Shown here in pieces: positions 9,327-17,519 of a stretch of 32,000 nucleotides of DNA. This DNA comes from Candidatus Jordarchaeales archaeon (GTDB lineage: Archaea > Asgardarchaeota > Jordiarchaeia > Jordiarchaeales > Freyrarchaeaceae), in assembly GCA_038889235.1 (NCBI GenBank), contig JAWAHN010000001.1, forward strand, positions 794,499 to 826,498, given 5' to 3'. Position numbers and translations under genes: made by a program. Position 1 is the first letter of the stretch, and the number at the start of each line of letters is the position of its first letter. The notes under the pieces are model-generated. The model ran no database searches and was not told the origin of the DNA. It saw nothing but the letters and a program-made list of their open reading frames with translations.

Positions 9327-10043
9327 TCGAAAGATGATTGCTCCCATCCATAGCGCCCTATAAGTGGGACAAAAGATACTGGACCGTAGTCCCTTTTCTT
9401 AATTTTGCCCTCTTCATCTTTTTCCACCACCACGAGCGTTTGGTTGTAGTAAAACCTGCCGATTGGTATAACCATGCGGCCTCTTGGTGCAAGTTGAGTT
9501 AGAAGCGGCTCAGGGATCGATGGGCCGGCAGCAGTCACAAGTATAGCGTCGTAAGGCGCTTCTGGAGGGTATCCCAGAGTTCCATCACCTAGAATAACAG
9601 TTACCCTGTCTCCGTACCCTGTCTTTTCTAAATTGCGCCTGGCGAAATCTACTAGTTCCTCTATGCGTTCTATGGTGTAAACGTGGCCGTGTTTTCCTCC
9701 TTCAGGAGCAACTATTTCAGCGCACAGTGCAGCGTGGTATCCCGACCCTGTTCCAACTTCGAGGACTTTCATCCCTTCGCGTAGCTTCAAGAGATCGCAC
9801 ATTAGAACGCACATATGTCGCCTAAAGGGCTTCAGTAAGCCCTTTAAGTGGCGCGGATATTGTTTGTCCTCCCGGTATGGGAAGGGGGCGATCGTCATAT
9901 GCGTACTTCCTTAAATCCTCTGGAACGAATTCTTCTCTAGGAACTTTCATGAACGCCCTAATTACGGCTTCATCTCTGACAAAACCTTCCTCTATAAGCC
10001 TTTCTATGAGGGCTTTTTTCTTTTCTAAGAGAGAGTCGTTCAA
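9323..10043 (-). CDS. pcm: Protein-L-isoaspartate O-methyltransferase, two exons (10043-9848 and 9816-9323), 229 aa after splicing
   Basis: N-part ...VPREEFVP...[18 protein letters not shown] and C-part HMCVLM...[10 protein letters not shown]...[12 protein letters not shown] are in different frames. Removing 31 nt rejoins the conserved QTISAPHM motif. Confidence 0.92.
9817..9847 (-). other. Putative 31-nt BHB-type intron in pcm mRNA
   Basis: mRNA-sense: CGCC-[AC^U]-UAAAGGGCUU-acug-AAGCCCUUUA-GGCG-[AC^A]. Perfect 4-bp central helix, 10-bp intron stem and two 3-nt bulges; cuts after bulge nt 2 restore the frame. Confidence 0.85.
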
Positions 10044-10130
10044 TTTATGGCGTCATCTCCTTTTTCCTTATTTTTATACTCGTATTTACTTTTAAAGTGC
10101 AACGCTCTTTAAAATTACGGGGGAGAAAAC

Positions 10131-10559
10131 ATGGTGAAGGTTGTTGAAAGAATAACAGCTAGAGGACACCCGAACATTTCAGCGAAGCATAAAACAACTT
10201 TGGAAATTACCATGGATCACGAGCTTACCCCTAGAGGGGACTGTATAATAGCGGTTTCGTCTGACAAAGGAGCAGCGTCACTAAGCGCCGCATTTAAAGA
10301 AATAGCTAGAGATGATGAGGCCATGATACGAATGATTATTATGTGCGGTGGGTTGAAGGAGGAGGTTGTAGGGTTTGGATGTAAAAAGCTAACTTTTACA
10401 CATACCAAGGACCTAGTTGCAAGAAAGAGTAACTATTGCTGTGGGAGAACCTTAATGATCAGGGCGAATAAAGCTGCAGCAGACTTGGATAGGCGAATAG
10501 TAGAAGAGCTAAAAAAGCCACAACTTGTAGAAATAATTCTCATAGTCGAGAAAATTTAG
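10131..10559 (+). CDS. DUF371-family protein
   Basis: ARGHPNISAKHKTTLEIT...LTPRGDCIIAV...RKSNY...RTLMIRANKAAADLDR matches the conserved archaeal family pattern. Confidence 0.85.
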   Translation: MVKVVERITARGHPNISAKHKTTLEITMDHELTPRGDCIIAVSSDKGAASLSAAFKEIARDDEAMIRMIIMCGGLKEEVVGFGCKKLTFTHTKDLVARKSNYCCGRTLMIRANKAAADLDRRIVEELKKPQLVEIILIVEKI

Positions 10560-10566
10560 TCTCCAT

Positions 10567-11679
10567 TTAAGGGCGAACTACCGCGTCTACAGCTATTTGC
10601 CATTCCCTAGGCGCTGTGGAGCGAACACGCCTAACATTTAAGACTTTCACAAGAGAAGCGCCTACTTCACCAAGCTGTTTTTCAAGAAATTTGACGACGC
10701 TATCACATGCATCCTTGTCCCTACCGAACTGGTAGTAGTGTATGACGCCACCTTTTTCCTTTAAAGCCAAGCATGCCACGTCAATAAATTTACATGCTGA
10801 ACTTGGAAGGTTCATTATCACGTGATCGGCTATCCGCTTTAGTTTGGCGTTAACTACCTCCCTGCAGTCTCCTAGGTGAGGATGAACTAAGCCGGATACC
10901 TTGTTCAGTTTAATGTTCTCTTCAAGAAGTTGTATGGCAAACGGGTTGATGTCTATGGCGTGCACGATGCCGCTCCTCATCTTTGCTATCAAAATGGAAA
11001 ACGGTCCTACTCCTGCGAAAAGATCGACAACGACCTCTCCTGGGTTAACCTGGCTGGCTACCCTAACCCGCTCCCCTGACAGGCGAGGGCTAAAATAGGT
11101 GTTGGCAACGTCAACCTTGAAGATACAACCATTCTCCTTGTGAAGGGTTATCGTCCGCGCTTCTCCGGCTATGTGAACTAGACGCCTAACTCTGTAAACT
11201 CCATTCACACGACCACCCTTAGCAAATACGGCTTTCACGTGACGATTTGATCTTAGAATAGCATCACCGACTGCACTCCTAAATTCCCAAATCTCAGGAT
11301 TCAGCTCTACAATGGCTATATCGCCTATAATGTCAAGGGAGTGAGGAATGTGGGTGAGAAAATTTTTGGGGACTACTTTTTCAAGTAGCTCACTAATCTT
11401 AGGTTGCTGTTCCCTTACGGGGAAAGAGTAAAAACAAACGTGAAGAAAACCGGATACCATCCTTAAGCGTTCGAGCTCTGGTTTAAGAAGAGGGCGGGTT
11501 ATGGGAAAGAGAACTAAAACACAACATGAGTCCGATGAGCTTGGAAACACATCTACGTCGACTCTTTCAACTTTGAGCTCATTACTCAAAACACTAAGTC
11601 CAGATAAAAGCCGGCGAATTGGCTCAGCAATTTTGGAACAAACAGCAATGCTAAGAGAGGAACGTCTCATAATTAACAC
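10567..11679 (-). CDS. trm5: tRNA G37 methyltransferase, Trm5/Met-10+ family
   Basis: DIIGDIAIV, TLHKENGC, YFSPRL, VVDLFAGVGPF, AIDINP, VIMNLP. Confidence 0.88.
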   Translation of the reverse strand: MLIMRRSSLSIAVCSKIAEPIRRLLSGLSVLSNELKVERVDVDVFPSSSDSCCVLVLFPITRPLLKPELERLRMVSGFLHVCFYSFPVREQQPKISELLEKVVPKNFLTHIPHSLDIIGDIAIVELNPEIWEFRSAVGDAILRSNRHVKAVFAKGGRVNGVYRVRRLVHIAGEARTITLHKENGCIFKVDVANTYFSPRLSGERVRVASQVNPGEVVVDLFAGVGPFSILIAKMRSGIVHAIDINPFAIQLLEENIKLNKVSGLVHPHLGDCREVVNAKLKRIADHVIMNLPSSACKFIDVACLALKEKGGVIHYYQFGRDKDACDSVVKFLEKQLGEVGASLVKVLNVRRVRSTAPREWQIAVDAVVRP

Positions 11680-11747
11680 TCCAAAATTTTCTGAAAATAA
11701 GTGCTACATCCGAAAACAAGTTATTGGCGGGCCGCGTGGGATTTGAA

Positions 11748-11776
11748 TTCGCGGGACTTAGACTGGCTACAGCCCA
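11748..11776 (-). other. 29-nt tRNA intron at position 53/54 (T arm)
   Basis: CGUG-[GG^U]-GGGCU...AGUCC-CGCG-[AA^U]: central helix CGUG/CGCG; removal restores GGGUUCAAAUCCC. Confidence 0.85.
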
Positions 11777-11807
11777 CCCACGACCACCGGGTTAAGAGCC
11801 CGGCGCT

Positions 11808-11823
11808 ATAGGCTCTACGCGAT
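11808..11823 (-). other. 16-nt tRNA intron at about position 22/23 (D arm)
   Basis: AGGU-[AG^A]-UC-gcgua-GA-GCCU-[AU^A]: central helix AGGU/GCCU, two 3-nt bulges; removal restores GGUAGAGC. Confidence 0.85.
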
Positions 11824-11876
11824 CTACCTAGCTAAGCTAGCGGCCCGCAGCCTACTGAAAAAAATGGAAAATGGTG

Positions 11877-11889
11877 TAATAAATTTTTT
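11877..11889 (-). promoter_or_regulatory. Possible BRE/TATA for the tRNA-Lys (and perhaps trm5) transcript
   Basis: Minus strand AAAAAATTTATTA, about 30 nt upstream of the tRNA 5' end. Confidence 0.45.
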
Positions 11890-12020
11890 GATGGGACGAA
11901 CAGGTAAAGAAAACAATAAAACGGCTATGGGGGATAGTATTCTAGCAAAACCCGGTAGAAAAGTGAGCCGAACGAAAACTGTACTTGTCTGCCAGAGTTT
12001 TAAGGAAGGATGGTGAAAAT

Positions 12021-13813
12021 ATGAAACTGCGATCCCCTATAGTTGTCGTCTTAGGGCATATCGATCATGGCAAAACATAGCACGGTTTCGTGCTATGGGC
12101 TAAACTTCGCTGTTGGATGCCATTAGGGGGACAGCGGTTCAAGCTAAAGAAGCAGGTGGTATTACTCAGCACATAGGAGCGTCTTTTCTGCCTTCAAATG
12201 TCATATTAAGCCTCGCTGAAGAGCTAGTTAAAAGATTTAACGTAACGCTCGACATACCCGGCGTGTTGGTTTTAGACACTCCGGGTCATGAGGCTTTTTT
12301 CAATCTTAGGGCGCGTGGGGGCGCCATTGCAGACATTGCCATATTAGTTGTAGACATCATACGTGGTTTTCAAACACAAACCTACGAATGTATCAACTTG
12401 CTGAGAAGTAGACGCGTTCCATTCCTGGTAGCAGCGAACAAAGTGGATTTAATTCCCGGGTGGCGTCCTTCCGGCTCCACATCAATTCTTAAGGCTCTTG
12501 CCTTACAGGATGATTACGTTAAAAAGGCTTTAGATGAAAAAATCTATGGACTAATGGGTGAGCTCTCCGCCTGTGGCTTTAACTCTGAAAGATTTGATAG
12601 GATACGGGATTTCACCAGAACTATCGCCATAGTACCTACAAGCGCTAAAACAAAAGAGGGCATTGCGGAGCTAATGATTGTTCTTGCCGGACTAACCCAG
12701 CAATACATGAGGAAAAGGTTAACTGTTTCTGAGGGGGAAGGTAAAGGCGTTGTTTTAGAAGTCAGAGAGGAGCCTGGACTTGGAACGACCATAGACGTCA
12801 TACTTTACGATGGAGTTATCCATAAAGACGACCTGCTGGTTATCGGTGGGCTTGACGGAGCTGTTGTGACGCGTGTTAGGGCGTTACTGCAACCCAAGCC
12901 GCTTGACGAAATGAGAGATCCAAGGGAAAAGTTTGATGCGGTTAACGAGGTAGCTGCTGCAGCTGGAGTGAAAATTGCGGCCCCATACCTTGAGAAGGTT
13001 ATAGCAGGTGCACCGTTAAGAGCTGTGCGCAGCGAAGAAAAAGTGAGAGAGGCTGCACATGAGGTGCAGCAGGAAGTTGAAAGCATTACCATAAGGGGGG
13101 ATCGCACAGGGGTCGTGATCAAAGCAGATACACTTGGGTCACTAGAAGCCCTTGTAAACTTTTTCAAGGAGAGGGGTGTACCTGTCAGAATAGCGGATAT
13201 AGGAGACGTCTCCAAAAGAGACGTCATGGAGGCGGCAGTTGTATCCGAGAAAGACCCGCTTCTAGCAGCCATTATAGCTTTCAATGTCAAAGTGTTGCCT
13301 GACGCGGAGGAGGAAGCTCAAAAGTACGATATTAAAATCTTCGAGGAAAAGATAATTTACAGATTGTTTGAAAAGTATAACGAATGGGTTATAGAAAAAC
13401 GAGAAGAAATGAGAAGACAGGCAGTCAAGGATTTGATTAGGCCTGCAAAGATAAAGATACTTCCGGGTTACGTTTTCAGGCATAGTAAGCCTGCCATAGT
13501 CGGAATCGAAGTGCTTTCAGGAGAAATTAGGCCAAGATATCCTCTGATGCGGGAAGATGGACGCGAAGTAGGAGAAATACTCCAAATACAAGATAAAGGA
13601 GAGACTAGAGAATATGCTCGAAGAGGAGAGCAGGTTGCAATTTCAATAAAGGGGCCTATCGTTGGAAGACACATCAATGAGGGGGATGTGTTATATACGA
13701 ATATGCCGCTGAGCCACATAGAGAAGTTTAAATCCGAGCTTGCGGAAGAGCTGACATCCGACGAACTTGAAACACTTAGGGAAATTGAGCGTGTTAAGAG
13801 ACAAAAAGGATGA
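12021..13813 (+). CDS. infB: Translation initiation factor aIF5B (IF2), two exons (12021-12074 and 12104-13813), 587 aa after splicing
   Basis: MKLRSPIVVVLGHIDHGK in frame +3, then TSLLDAIR...EAGGITQHIGA...DTPGHEAF...NKVD...KADTLGSLEA in frame +2. Removing 29 nt restores the G1 P-loop. Confidence 0.95.
12075..12103 (+). other. Putative 29-nt BHB-type intron in infB mRNA
   Basis: GGCA-[AA^A]-CAUAGCACG-guuu-CGUGCUAUG-GGCU-[AA^A]. 9-bp perfect stem, two AAA bulges, central helix with 3 of 4 pairs (G-U, G-C, C-G, A.G mismatch); in-frame UAG at 12078-12080. Confidence 0.82.
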
Positions 13814-13823
13814 AGTGGGAATT

Positions 13824-14768
13824 ATGCTAGGCGTGGGTGTAGTGGGAGTGGGATTTTGGGGAAAACAGCATGCACGCAATTTTGCGTCTATTGAGAAAAC
13901 AAAGTTGGTTGCTGTTTGCGATGTGAGGGAGGAAGAGGCACGTAAAGTTGGGAAAACGTACGGAGTAGATTGGTATACAGATTTAGATGAGTTCCTAAGA
14001 CGGGAGGACATGGATGCTGTGAGCATATGTACCCCAACGTCAGCGCATTTTGAAGTAGCAACGAAAAGCATTCTTTCTGGAAAACATGTACTTTTGGAGA
14101 AACCCATGACTGCTGACGTAGAAAAAGCCCTCAAACTTGTGGAGTACGCGAAGGAGCAAGGAGTATTTCTCATGATTGGATTTATCGAAAGATTCAACCC
14201 AGGTGTTTTAAGGGTCATTAAAGTGTTAAAGAGCGGCGTCATAGGCGACCCAGTAATGAGCATTTCTAGGAGAGTTGGGCCATATTGGCCTGACCGCGTT
14301 AAAGATGTAGGTGTAGTTAGCGACTCTGCAATTCACGACATAGATCTTGCCCGGTACATTTTTAGAAGCGAGATTGCCTCCGTATATGCTGTTGGTGGGC
14401 GCTTAAAACACAGGTTTGAAGATTACGTAGCCATAATGCTTCACTTAACTAATGGGTTGAGTTGTGTTATAGAGGCGAACTGGTTGACGCCGCGTAAAAA
14501 AAGAGAGCTTATTATTACTGGCGAAAAAGGAATAATAAAACTTGATTATCTCTCGCAAAAAATCAGCATAGAAAGTGACGAGTGGGAAATGAGTAGTTCA
14601 GCGGAGTGGGAGGAACCACTTAGAAAAGAACTAGAGTATTTTGCTGAATGCATTATAGAAAGAAAGCAACCCTACCCGTCTGGCGAAGACGGAGTAAAGG
14701 CATTGCAAGTCATAAACGCCGTGCTAGAGAGCATGAAACAGAAAAAAGTTGTCGAACTAAACTGGTAA
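13824..14768 (+). CDS. Gfo/Idh/MocA family NAD-dependent oxidoreductase
   Basis: VGVVGVGFWGKQH, CTPTSAHF, HVLLEKP, IGFIERFNP, DSAIHDID. Confidence 0.92.
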   Translation: MLGVGVVGVGFWGKQHARNFASIEKTKLVAVCDVREEEARKVGKTYGVDWYTDLDEFLRREDMDAVSICTPTSAHFEVATKSILSGKHVLLEKPMTADVEKALKLVEYAKEQGVFLMIGFIERFNPGVLRVIKVLKSGVIGDPVMSISRRVGPYWPDRVKDVGVVSDSAIHDIDLARYIFRSEIASVYAVGGRLKHRFEDYVAIMLHLTNGLSCVIEANWLTPRKKRELIITGEKGIIKLDYLSQKISIESDEWEMSSSAEWEEPLRKELEYFAECIIERKQPYPSGEDGVKALQVINAVLESMKQKKVVELNW

Positions 14769-14844
14769 AAATAACTAAACAAGGAAAGAAGGGAAGAGTT
14801 CTTTCTCTAAACAGATATTTCGTATTAGAGAGTGGGAAAACATG

Positions 14845-15504
14845 TTAGAGTTCCATTACAGATAAGAGCTTGTTTAATCCTTCTCCTGTTTTAGCACTGG
14901 TTAAAACGACTTTAATGTTGGGATTTATTGCGAGAGCGTCATTGGCAACTTCCTGTGGGTCTACGCCGACAACGTCTTTGAGGTCAATCTTGTTTATAAC
15001 CGCTATGTCTGAGTTCTTGAAAAGTAGGGGGTGTTTTTTGACAACATAAGGGCCTTCAGTAATACTGACGACGACTATTCTTTTATCGCACCCCAAAACA
15101 TAGTCTGCTGGGCAAATCAGATTTCCAACATTCTCGACAAACAACACGTCTACATTATCCAGATTAATTTTCTTCAGTGCTTCTTTAAGGAAAAACGCGG
15201 TTAGTGCACATTCCCTTCCTGTGTTAATCTGCAATGTTTCTACTCCATGCCGAGAAATTCTGTCAGCATCTATCCTGGTCGTTACGTCTCCAGTTATAAC
15301 TGCAATACGGTACTTTTTCTTAAGTACTTCGACTATTTTTTCCAAGAGAGAGGTTTTTCCTGCACCGACGCTTCCAACTATGTCGAAGCTTTTGATGTTT
15401 CTTTTCCTGAAAATGTTGTTGATTTCACTCGCAGCTTTCTCGTTTGCTTTAATTAAGTTCTCTTCTATTGAAACTATGCTTAACTTATCTTCCATAGGTC
15501 TCAT
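14845..15504 (-). CDS. hypB: HypB/UreG-family metal-insertion GTPase
   Basis: GSVGAGKT, VITGD, ENVGNLICP, INKIDL, SAKTGEG. Confidence 0.9.
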   Translation of the reverse strand: MRPMEDKLSIVSIEENLIKANEKAASEINNIFRKRNIKSFDIVGSVGAGKTSLLEKIVEVLKKKYRIAVITGDVTTRIDADRISRHGVETLQINTGRECALTAFFLKEALKKINLDNVDVLFVENVGNLICPADYVLGCDKRIVVVSITEGPYVVKKHPLLFKNSDIAVINKIDLKDVVGVDPQEVANDALAINPNIKVVLTSAKTGEGLNKLLSVMEL

Positions 15505-15624
15505 GCTCCCTGCTCAATCATAGACAGACCGGGAGGAATAGGGAAGTGTAACATTTAAAGAATTTTCTGATTCAACGTTATTCTTGCAGTATAAAAACAG
15601 TTGCCTCCCACTGGAGGGGTTTCA

Positions 15625-15909
15625 ATGAAGGTAAGAGTTAAAGTGTTTGCAAGGTTAAGAGAGATTCTGAAGAACAGAGAAGTGGAAGTGGAGCTAAGTG
15701 AGGGAGCCACGATTAAAGATCTTCTACTCATGTTGATAAAAACGTATGGCAGGGAGCTCGAAGATTACCTTTTCTCAGAAAACGGAAACCTCAGGGAGCA
15801 CTTTGTGATTTACATCAACGGGATTGGAATGAACGAAGCGGGGGGAGTAGGGAGGACTCTCAAAGATGGGGATGTGATTGCAATTTTACCTCCAATAAGT
15901 GGTGGCTGA
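15625..15909 (+). CDS. Ubiquitin-like MoaD/ThiS (SAMP) protein
   Basis: VRVKVFARLRE...INGI...LKDGDVIAILPPISGG with C-terminal di-Gly; GGAGGGG RBS before ATG 15625. Confidence 0.92.
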   Translation: MKVRVKVFARLREILKNREVEVELSEGATIKDLLLMLIKTYGRELEDYLFSENGNLREHFVIYINGIGMNEAGGVGRTLKDGDVIAILPPISGG

Positions 15910-17194
15910 GGGAGCAGAAGTGACCACGGTCTCAGTCATAGTTCATGGTTGTTCTATGAATCAGGCAGAGGCTGAAATTGCTATGGGATTGCTCAGGGAG
16001 GCGGGGTCTACCCTTACGCCCCCCGATGAGGCTGAAGTCGTCATAGTTTTGACGTGCGGAGTTAAAGCCCATGCTGAAAACGTTTGTCTAAGGGTCGGAT
16101 CCGAGCTCGCCAGAAAAGGCAAGAAAGTGATAATGGCCGGATGCCTTCCTGCAATTTGCCCTGAAAAAGTAGAAGCGACTGGTTGCGCTGCAATGATGGA
16201 CCCGAATTCTATTTCAAGCATAGTGGAAGTCGTTAAACGCGTAGAAAGAGGCGAGAAAGGATTAAGGTTTTTAAGCACAGAAAAAAGGGTGCGTCTAGGA
16301 CTACCCAGGGTCCGATTACGACCACTGATCGCGATTGTCCCCATATCGGAGGGGTGTAAAGGCGCTTGCAGTTACTGCTGCGTCAGAATAGCTAGAGGAG
16401 AGCTCTACTCATACCCACCTGAGTTTATAGTGGAAGAGGTAAAAAGAAGCATTAGAGAAGGATGCAAAGAAGTGTGGTTGACTTCTCAGGACTCAGGAGC
16501 GTATAATTACAAAGGAGTCAGACTGCCGCAACTTCTTAAGAAAATAGTAGATGTTGACGGAGACTTTATGGTACGTGTCGGAATGATGAACCCAAACCAT
16601 GCCGCCGAAATATTGGATGAACTGATAGAGGTGTACGATAACCCAAAGATCTACAAGTTTATTCATATACCGGTCCAGTCCGGTAGTAATAAAGTTCTAA
16701 GGGATATGAATAGGAAATACACTCGAGAAGTCTTTCTGGAAGTTGTAGATGAGCTGCGGGGAAACTATCCATTGTTAACATTGTCAACAGATGTCATCGC
16801 AGGCTTTCCTGGAGAAAGCGAGGAAGAATTTTATGAAACTGTAAGTTTGTTGAAAGAAGTGGAACCTGATATAGTGAATATCTCGATGTTTACACCTAGG
16901 CCACACACTCCTGCCGCCAAAATGCCAAACAAACTGCCTGGATGGGAGATAAAAAGGAGGAGTAGAATACTCACCCAAGTTTCAAATGAGCTATCTCTCA
17001 AACGCAACATGAAGTGGGTGGGTTGGGTTGGGGAGGCCATCGTGACTGAAGTAGGCAGAAAGGGAGGTGTTATCGCTAGAAACTACGCATACAAACACAT
17101 AGTGGTGAGAGAAGACGTTAAACTTGGGGAGAAAATTAAGGTTAGGCTGAGTGAGGCAAAAATAGGTTACTTGTTTGGTTCCATCTGCATGTAG
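15899..17194 (+). CDS. MiaB/MtaB-family radical SAM tRNA methylthiotransferase
   Basis: UPF0004 domain (GCSMN, TCGV, GCLP), CKGACSYC radical SAM motif, HIPVQSGS, C-terminal TRAM domain. Alternative start GTG 15920. Confidence 0.92.
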   Translation: MVAEGAEVTTVSVIVHGCSMNQAEAEIAMGLLREAGSTLTPPDEAEVVIVLTCGVKAHAENVCLRVGSELARKGKKVIMAGCLPAICPEKVEATGCAAMMDPNSISSIVEVVKRVERGEKGLRFLSTEKRVRLGLPRVRLRPLIAIVPISEGCKGACSYCCVRIARGELYSYPPEFIVEEVKRSIREGCKEVWLTSQDSGAYNYKGVRLPQLLKKIVDVDGDFMVRVGMMNPNHAAEILDELIEVYDNPKIYKFIHIPVQSGSNKVLRDMNRKYTREVFLEVVDELRGNYPLLTLSTDVIAGFPGESEEEFYETVSLLKEVEPDIVNISMFTPRPHTPAAKMPNKLPGWEIKRRSRILTQVSNELSLKRNMKWVGWVGEAIVTEVGRKGGVIARNYAYKHIVVREDVKLGEKIKVRLSEAKIGYLFGSICM

Positions 17195-17307
17195 CATATT
17201 TTTGGCATATATTAAATGCAAGTATTAGAAGCCTGTTACTAACCTTTTTATTACAAGTACAGCCTTACTTACCCTTGCATCTCCGGGTAGTGGAAGGGGG
17301 TGGTTGA

Positions 17308-17493
17308 GTGAAGCTCGTGACAGTTCACCTGCCGGAAGCGTATGTTAATGGTTTGGAGAAGCTTGTCGAGATGAAGCAATATCCTAACAAGTCAGAAGCA
17401 ATAAGGGTAGCGATACGCGATTTACTCAAGAGAGAACTTTGGGAGAGGCAGGTGGCCTACGGACGCGCGCCAATAGTTAAGGGAGAAGAATAG
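17308..17493 (+). CDS. cdrS: Ribbon-helix-helix regulator, CdrS-like
   Basis: VTVHLP...LVEMKQYPNKSEAIRVAIRDLL; lies directly upstream of ftsZ, the known CdrS context. Confidence 0.8.
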   Translation: MKLVTVHLPEAYVNGLEKLVEMKQYPNKSEAIRVAIRDLLKRELWERQVAYGRAPIVKGEE

Positions 17494-17519
17494 ACAAGCC
17501 GGGGCACACTGCGCTTTAG

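Larger units (their letters stand above)
11725..11846 (-). tRNA. tRNA-Lys(CUU), CCA encoded, with two non-canonical introns
   Basis: Acceptor GGGCCGC/GCGGCCC+G+CCA; anticodon arm CCGGG-CUCUUAA-CCCGG; T arm GUGGG-UUCAAAU-CCCAC. Removing 16 + 29 nt gives a 77-nt tRNA. Confidence 0.93.

Noticed and set aside
9323-10043. pcm and infB as pseudogenes or sequencing frameshifts
   Set aside because: The inserts are clean 29-31 nt hairpins rather than single-base indels, both exons have no other lesions, and aIF5B is essential.
9817-12103. GGGCT occurs in three of the four introns
   Set aside because: It is a short word that sits in different structural roles (stem 5' arm versus central helix), with no further similarity; not enough to claim a common origin.
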